From NCBI GenBank assembly GCA_040382515.1, contig JBEIFH010000002.1:1-64000 (forward strand): a DNA stretch of 64,000 bases, written 5' to 3'. Made by a program: the position numbers and the translations under genes. Below are positions 60,092-64,000 of the stretch, piece by piece. This DNA comes from Chlamydiia bacterium. GTDB taxonomy: Bacteria > Chlamydiota > Chlamydiia > Chlamydiales > RGXB01. Below the pieces are notes generated by a model. The model saw nothing but the letters and a program-made list of their open reading frames with translations, did no database searches and was not told where the DNA came from. Every line of letters starts with the position of its first letter. The first letter of the stretch is position 1.

Positions 60092-60775
60092 ATGTATCTT
60101 ATAGCCAATTTAAAAGCACACGCTGTCGATATAGAGTCTTATATCCGCAAGCTGGAATCTTTGAAGAGGTGTAAAGTAAAAATCATACTTGCACCTCCCT
60201 ACCCCTACCTTAATCAGGTTTGTCGTTCAGGATTTCTCACGTCATCTCAAGATGTAAGCTTTTGTGCTGAGGGGGCTTTTACCGGAGAAATCCCTGCGTC
60301 TCTTTTAAAATCCTTAGGGGTCCGCTACTGCCTTCTAGGTCACTCCGAGCGGCGCACCCTTTTTCATGAAGATACCGAAATTTTAAAAAATAAATACGAC
60401 AAATGCGTTCAGTACGGCCTTCAACCGGTCCTCTGCGTCGGAGAAACAAAAGAGGAGCATAACAGCGGGCATTACCTAGAAAAAATACGTAATCAAGTCC
60501 TTGAAATTTTCTCGTTTTCTACGGTTGCACCCCTGATCGCTTATGAACCTATCTGGTCTATCGGTAGCGGTCAAATCCCCGAGCCCTCAAAAATTAAGCA
60601 GGTCGTATCTGTAATTAAAGAGGCTCTACCGGGCTCAGTGGTTCTCTACGGCGGTTCTGTAAATCCTTCCAATGCAGCTGGACTTGCGACCCTCTGCGAC
60701 GGCCTTTTGGTAGGCAGCGCCTCAAAAGATCCTGAAACATTAACACAAATCATTCAACAACTTGAAAAACTATGA
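60092..60775 (+). CDS. tpiA: Triosephosphate isomerase
   Basis: ANLK, GAFTGE, GHSERR, AYEPIWSIG, LYGGSV, GLLVG. Start probably ATG 60092. Confidence 0.97.
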   Translation: MYLIANLKAHAVDIESYIRKLESLKRCKVKIILAPPYPYLNQVCRSGFLTSSQDVSFCAEGAFTGEIPASLLKSLGVRYCLLGHSERRTLFHEDTEILKNKYDKCVQYGLQPVLCVGETKEEHNSGHYLEKIRNQVLEIFSFSTVAPLIAYEPIWSIGSGQIPEPSKIKQVVSVIKEALPGSVVLYGGSVNPSNAAGLATLCDGLLVGSASKDPETLTQIIQQLEKL

Positions 60776-61059
60776 TTTTTTTATATTATTTTTCCTTGAT
60801 ACTATTTGTCCTTTTATGTCTTGTCACCTGCTTTTGCGTCTTAATCCAAGAAAGCAAGTCGATGGGTTTGGGAGCAACATTCGGCGGTGAATCTGCAAAC
60901 GCATTATTCGGGGCCTCTACTGCAGACGTGCTCAAGAAATTTACTGCTGTTATCGGCGGAATTTTTCTAGCAAGCTGCCTGCTTTTGTCTATATGGTCAT
61001 CTCTAATTCAGCCTCCAAAAATGGATGCCCGTCCTGAGCAGATCGAGCAAAACGGTTAA
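60772..61059 (+). CDS. secG: Preprotein translocase SecG
   Basis: VLIQESKSMGLGATFGG; two TMs; follows tpiA. Confidence 0.92.
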   Translation: MIFLYYFSLILFVLLCLVTCFCVLIQESKSMGLGATFGGESANALFGASTADVLKKFTAVIGGIFLASCLLLSIWSSLIQPPKMDARPEQIEQNG

Positions 61060-61069
61060 TTTAAATTTG

Positions 61070-61645
61070 ATGCAAGAAAAACATCGGCTTATTTTTTATC
61101 CCGACACTATTTTAAGAAAAAAAACGGAAGATATAACGGATCTAACTCCGTCTATCCTCCGTTTTATCGATAAAATGAAAGAGGTATGCGCCCAAAAAAA
61201 AGGGCTCGGGATTGCAGCTCCCCAAGTGAACGAATCTTTAAGTATTTTTGTGACACCTATTACAGGAACAAACATCAAAACTAAAGATCCTATTTACGCA
61301 AAAGATTTGAAAGACTGGACAGTCATCATCAACCCAAGAGTTCTAAGTTTTTCTAAAGAGGCTGTCGGCTACGAGGAGGGGTGCCTCTCTTTGCCAAAAC
61401 TTTATTCCACTGTTTTTCGCCCCAAAAGTATTGAGGTATCCTTTCTGGATTCCCAACTAAAAGTCCACACAAAAGTCCTTTCCCATTGGTTTGCCCGCCT
61501 TTTTTTGCATGAATACGACCATCTCCAAGGGATACTTTTTACCGACTACCTACTCGGTAAAATATCTAATGGTTTTGAGCAGGATGCCGATTTTGAAGAA
61601 AAATTACGCCTTTCTGAGGCCCTGCAGAACTTTGAAGCGCTTTAG
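61070..61645 (+). CDS. def: Peptide deformylase
   Basis: GLGIAAPQV, EGCLS, HEYDHLQG. Start probably ATG 61070. Confidence 0.95.
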   Translation: MQEKHRLIFYPDTILRKKTEDITDLTPSILRFIDKMKEVCAQKKGLGIAAPQVNESLSIFVTPITGTNIKTKDPIYAKDLKDWTVIINPRVLSFSKEAVGYEEGCLSLPKLYSTVFRPKSIEVSFLDSQLKVHTKVLSHWFARLFLHEYDHLQGILFTDYLLGKISNGFEQDADFEEKLRLSEALQNFEAL

Positions 61646-61657
61646 GGAGACGCCGCT

Positions 61658-63061
61658 ATGTCCATTTCGGTTTCAGAGTTAACAAACAGAATCAAAAAAC
61701 ATTTAGAGCCTACCTTCAAGGGTGTCACCGTCCAGGGGGAGATTTCTAATTTTAAGGCGCAGTCCTCCGGACATTATTACTTTACCCTAAAAGACGAGGG
61801 TTCCCAACTTTCAGTCTCCTTCTTTAACGCCGCCCGCTACAAGCTTCCCAGGATTCCAAAAGATGGCGACAAAGTCATCATCACGGGCGATATCAACATT
61901 TATGCTCCACGAGGGAATTATCAACTTGTGGCTCAGGGGTTGGTATTTACGGGTGTAGGCGACCTTCTACTCAAATTGCACCAACTCAAACTGGAGATCA
62001 AAGAGCTAGGCTGGTTCGAAAAAGAATGGAAAAAGCCCCTCCCCTCCCATCCTAAAAAAATAGGGGTGATCACAAGTCCTACCGGAGCGGTAATTCAAGA
62101 CATTATCCATGTTTTAAGCCGGCGGATGGCAAATTTTCACCTCATCCTATACCCGGTAAAGGTCCAGGGCGAGGGGGCCAAAGAAGAGATCGCCTTAGCT
62201 ATTAACGAGATGAACCGCTACCAAATCTGCGATGTCCTCATCGTCGGGCGTGGGGGTGGATCGATCGAAGACCTCTGGGCATTCAATGAAAAAATTGTAG
62301 CAAAATCCATCTTCGACTCTCAAATCCCGATTGTAGCGGCAATCGGACATGAAACCGATTTTACCATTGCCGATTTTGTAGCGGATGTAAGAGCTCCGAC
62401 TCCTTCAGCTGCTGCTGAAATGGTATGCGCTAAAACAAGCGATATTTTAGACCGCCTCAAACAATTTGAAAAAAGGCTTGATCAAATCATCAAAGGGATC
62501 TCTGAGAAAGTCTACCTCCGTTTAGAGCAGTTCAAAAAACAACCTGCCCTGCGCGGGATCGGCCTTTTGCATCCCTTCCTCCAAAGGATGGATCATATGT
62601 GCAACTCCCTAGATTTAGCGGTACAGTCCTCAGTTTTATCTGAAAAAAACAGACTGGAACTTTTAGCTATCACCCTGCAGGGATTTGCCCCCCAAAAAAA
62701 ACTTAGAGACCAGAGGGTGGCCCTTGTCCAAATAGAGCAAGCGATAAGCTCTTTTGTCGTACAGCTCTCGACCTATCGCAAAAAAGATCTTGAAGTGATG
62801 CAGGCCCGTTTAAACCCCTACGACCCTTCAAAAAAACTTCAGGAGCTTAAAGAGCGCCATCTTCGCATGGCAGAGCATTTAAAATCACTCAATCCAAAGA
62901 CGATATTGAAACGTGGATTCTGTATCCCCCAGAATAAACAGGGTGCTATCATTCGCAGCGTCGAGGATATCTCATTAGGGGAAAACTTAGACCTTATTTT
63001 TTACAACGGTACAATAGGAGCGCACGTCGATGGAGTTCGAAGCAGCCTTCAAGAGACTTGA
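61658..63061 (+). CDS. xseA: Exodeoxyribonuclease VII large subunit
   Basis: GEISN..SGHYYFTLKD, TSPTGAV, RGGGSIEDLW, GHETD, PTPSAAAE. Confidence 0.97.
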   Translation: MSISVSELTNRIKKHLEPTFKGVTVQGEISNFKAQSSGHYYFTLKDEGSQLSVSFFNAARYKLPRIPKDGDKVIITGDINIYAPRGNYQLVAQGLVFTGVGDLLLKLHQLKLEIKELGWFEKEWKKPLPSHPKKIGVITSPTGAVIQDIIHVLSRRMANFHLILYPVKVQGEGAKEEIALAINEMNRYQICDVLIVGRGGGSIEDLWAFNEKIVAKSIFDSQIPIVAAIGHETDFTIADFVADVRAPTPSAAAEMVCAKTSDILDRLKQFEKRLDQIIKGISEKVYLRLEQFKKQPALRGIGLLHPFLQRMDHMCNSLDLAVQSSVLSEKNRLELLAITLQGFAPQKKLRDQRVALVQIEQAISSFVVQLSTYRKKDLEVMQARLNPYDPSKKLQELKERHLRMAEHLKSLNPKTILKRGFCIPQNKQGAIIRSVEDISLGENLDLIFYNGTIGAHVDGVRSSLQET

Positions 63062-63266
63062 AGAAATTTTAGAAAAAATGCAGTCCGAAAACCTCTCCCT
63101 AGATGCATCTTTGAAGCTATACGCTGAGGCGGATAAACTGATTCAGATTTCGTCTAAAAACTTGGCAAAAGCGGAAAAGACAATCGAAATGATTATAAAA
63201 AACCGGGATAACGGTATCGAAGTGGATGGGGCCCTACAGCCCGTCTTGACTAATTTTGAAGTCTGA
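63030..63266 (+). CDS. xseB: Exodeoxyribonuclease VII small subunit
   Basis: FEAAFKRLEEILEKM..LSLDASLKLY; follows xseA. Confidence 0.92.
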   Translation: MEFEAAFKRLEEILEKMQSENLSLDASLKLYAEADKLIQISSKNLAKAEKTIEMIIKNRDNGIEVDGALQPVLTNFEV

Positions 63267-63306
63267 ATCCCATTTGTAAAAAGGAACGCGTGTGGAAGAC
63301 AATAAA

Positions 63307-64000
63307 ATGGCAGTGGCTCTCTCTTTAAAAAAACAGGCCTTTTTGCTCCGCCAACAAATCATTGATGTCGTTTCAAAAAATGGGGGTCATTTAGGGGCCT
63401 CTTTAGGCGCTACCGACCTTATATTAGCTTTGCATCAAGTTTTCAATTCTCCAAAAGACAAACTGATATTCGATACCGGTCATCAAACCTATGCGCATAA
63501 GCTACTTACAGGGAGAAAAGATCGATTCCATACTTTAAGAACCCATCGAGGGCTCTGCGGATTCACAGACCCTAATGAATCTTCACACGACCATTTTTTT
63601 GCCGGCCACGCAGGCACTGCCCTCTCTTTAGCACTTGGCGTGCACGATGCGAGTGTCTTTTCCGAGGATCGCCCCTGGGTAATCGCCGTTATAGGAGACG
63701 CCAGTCTTTCTTGCGGACTCACCCTTGAAGCATTCAACAATATAAGCCCGAAACAGGATCGTCTAATTGTTCTTTTGAACGACAACGGGATGAGCATTTC
63801 AAAGGGGTGCGGAAATTTTCATGAGTATCTTCAAAAAATTGGCACTTTTGCCCCGAATTCGCTGAAAGAGAATTTTCCAGATATTTTTTCCATTTTTAAC
63901 TGTAAATACCTTGGCCCGATAGACGGGCATGATCCCGATCAACTTGTTATGCTATTTAGTCGACTCAAAAGTGGTAAAGGCCCTTTTATTGTCCATGCAA
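63307..64000 (+). CDS. dxs: 1-deoxy-D-xylulose-5-phosphate synthase, runs off the window
   Basis: Not in ORF track. GGHLGASLG, FDTGHQTYAHKLLTGR, AGHAGTALS, IGDASLSCGLTLEAFNN, LNDNGMSI, GPIDGH. Confidence 0.96.
   Translation, partial: MAVALSLKKQAFLLRQQIIDVVSKNGGHLGASLGATDLILALHQVFNSPKDKLIFDTGHQTYAHKLLTGRKDRFHTLRTHRGLCGFTDPNESSHDHFFAGHAGTALSLALGVHDASVFSEDRPWVIAVIGDASLSCGLTLEAFNNISPKQDRLIVLLNDNGMSISKGCGNFHEYLQKIGTFAPNSLKENFPDIFSIFNCKYLGPIDGHDPDQLVMLFSRLKSGKGPFIVHA

Noticed and set aside
63489..63797. 102-aa minus-strand ORF
   Set aside because: Antisense shadow of dxs.

Overview
Gene-dense chromosomal core segment from a member of the phylum Chlamydiota, probably an environmental (non-Chlamydiaceae) lineage. 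The assignment rests on a Slc1-type T3SS chaperone next to glgX, the PVC-superphylum small basic signature protein before ybeY, chlamydial gene order (dciA-gyrB-gyrA-tmk-holB; yidC-dnaA; maf-HEAT-lptD-secG-def; xseA-xseB-dxs), an IncA-like protein and a classical (OSB) menaquinone operon. The window is mostly housekeeping genes for replication, cell envelope, t6A tRNA modification, menaquinone, glycogen and the MEP pathway. I see no rRNA, tRNA, CRISPR array, transposase, integrase, reverse transcriptase or prophage. The most unusual signal is non-coding: three unrelated loci carry diverged tandem duplications of a gene's own 3' end. These are glgX (2 x ~35 bp), tsaD (3 x ~110 bp) and the HEAT-gene/lptD overlap junction (3 x ~179 bp, yielding two 18-aa micro-ORFs). 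Other points of note are a MenC-MenE fusion, a frameshifted TPR gene, several genes missing from the ORF track (PHP gene, rpmG, two small basic proteins, dxs), many long gene overlaps, and candidate secreted or effector orphans. All product calls come from motif recognition by eye; no database searches were run.
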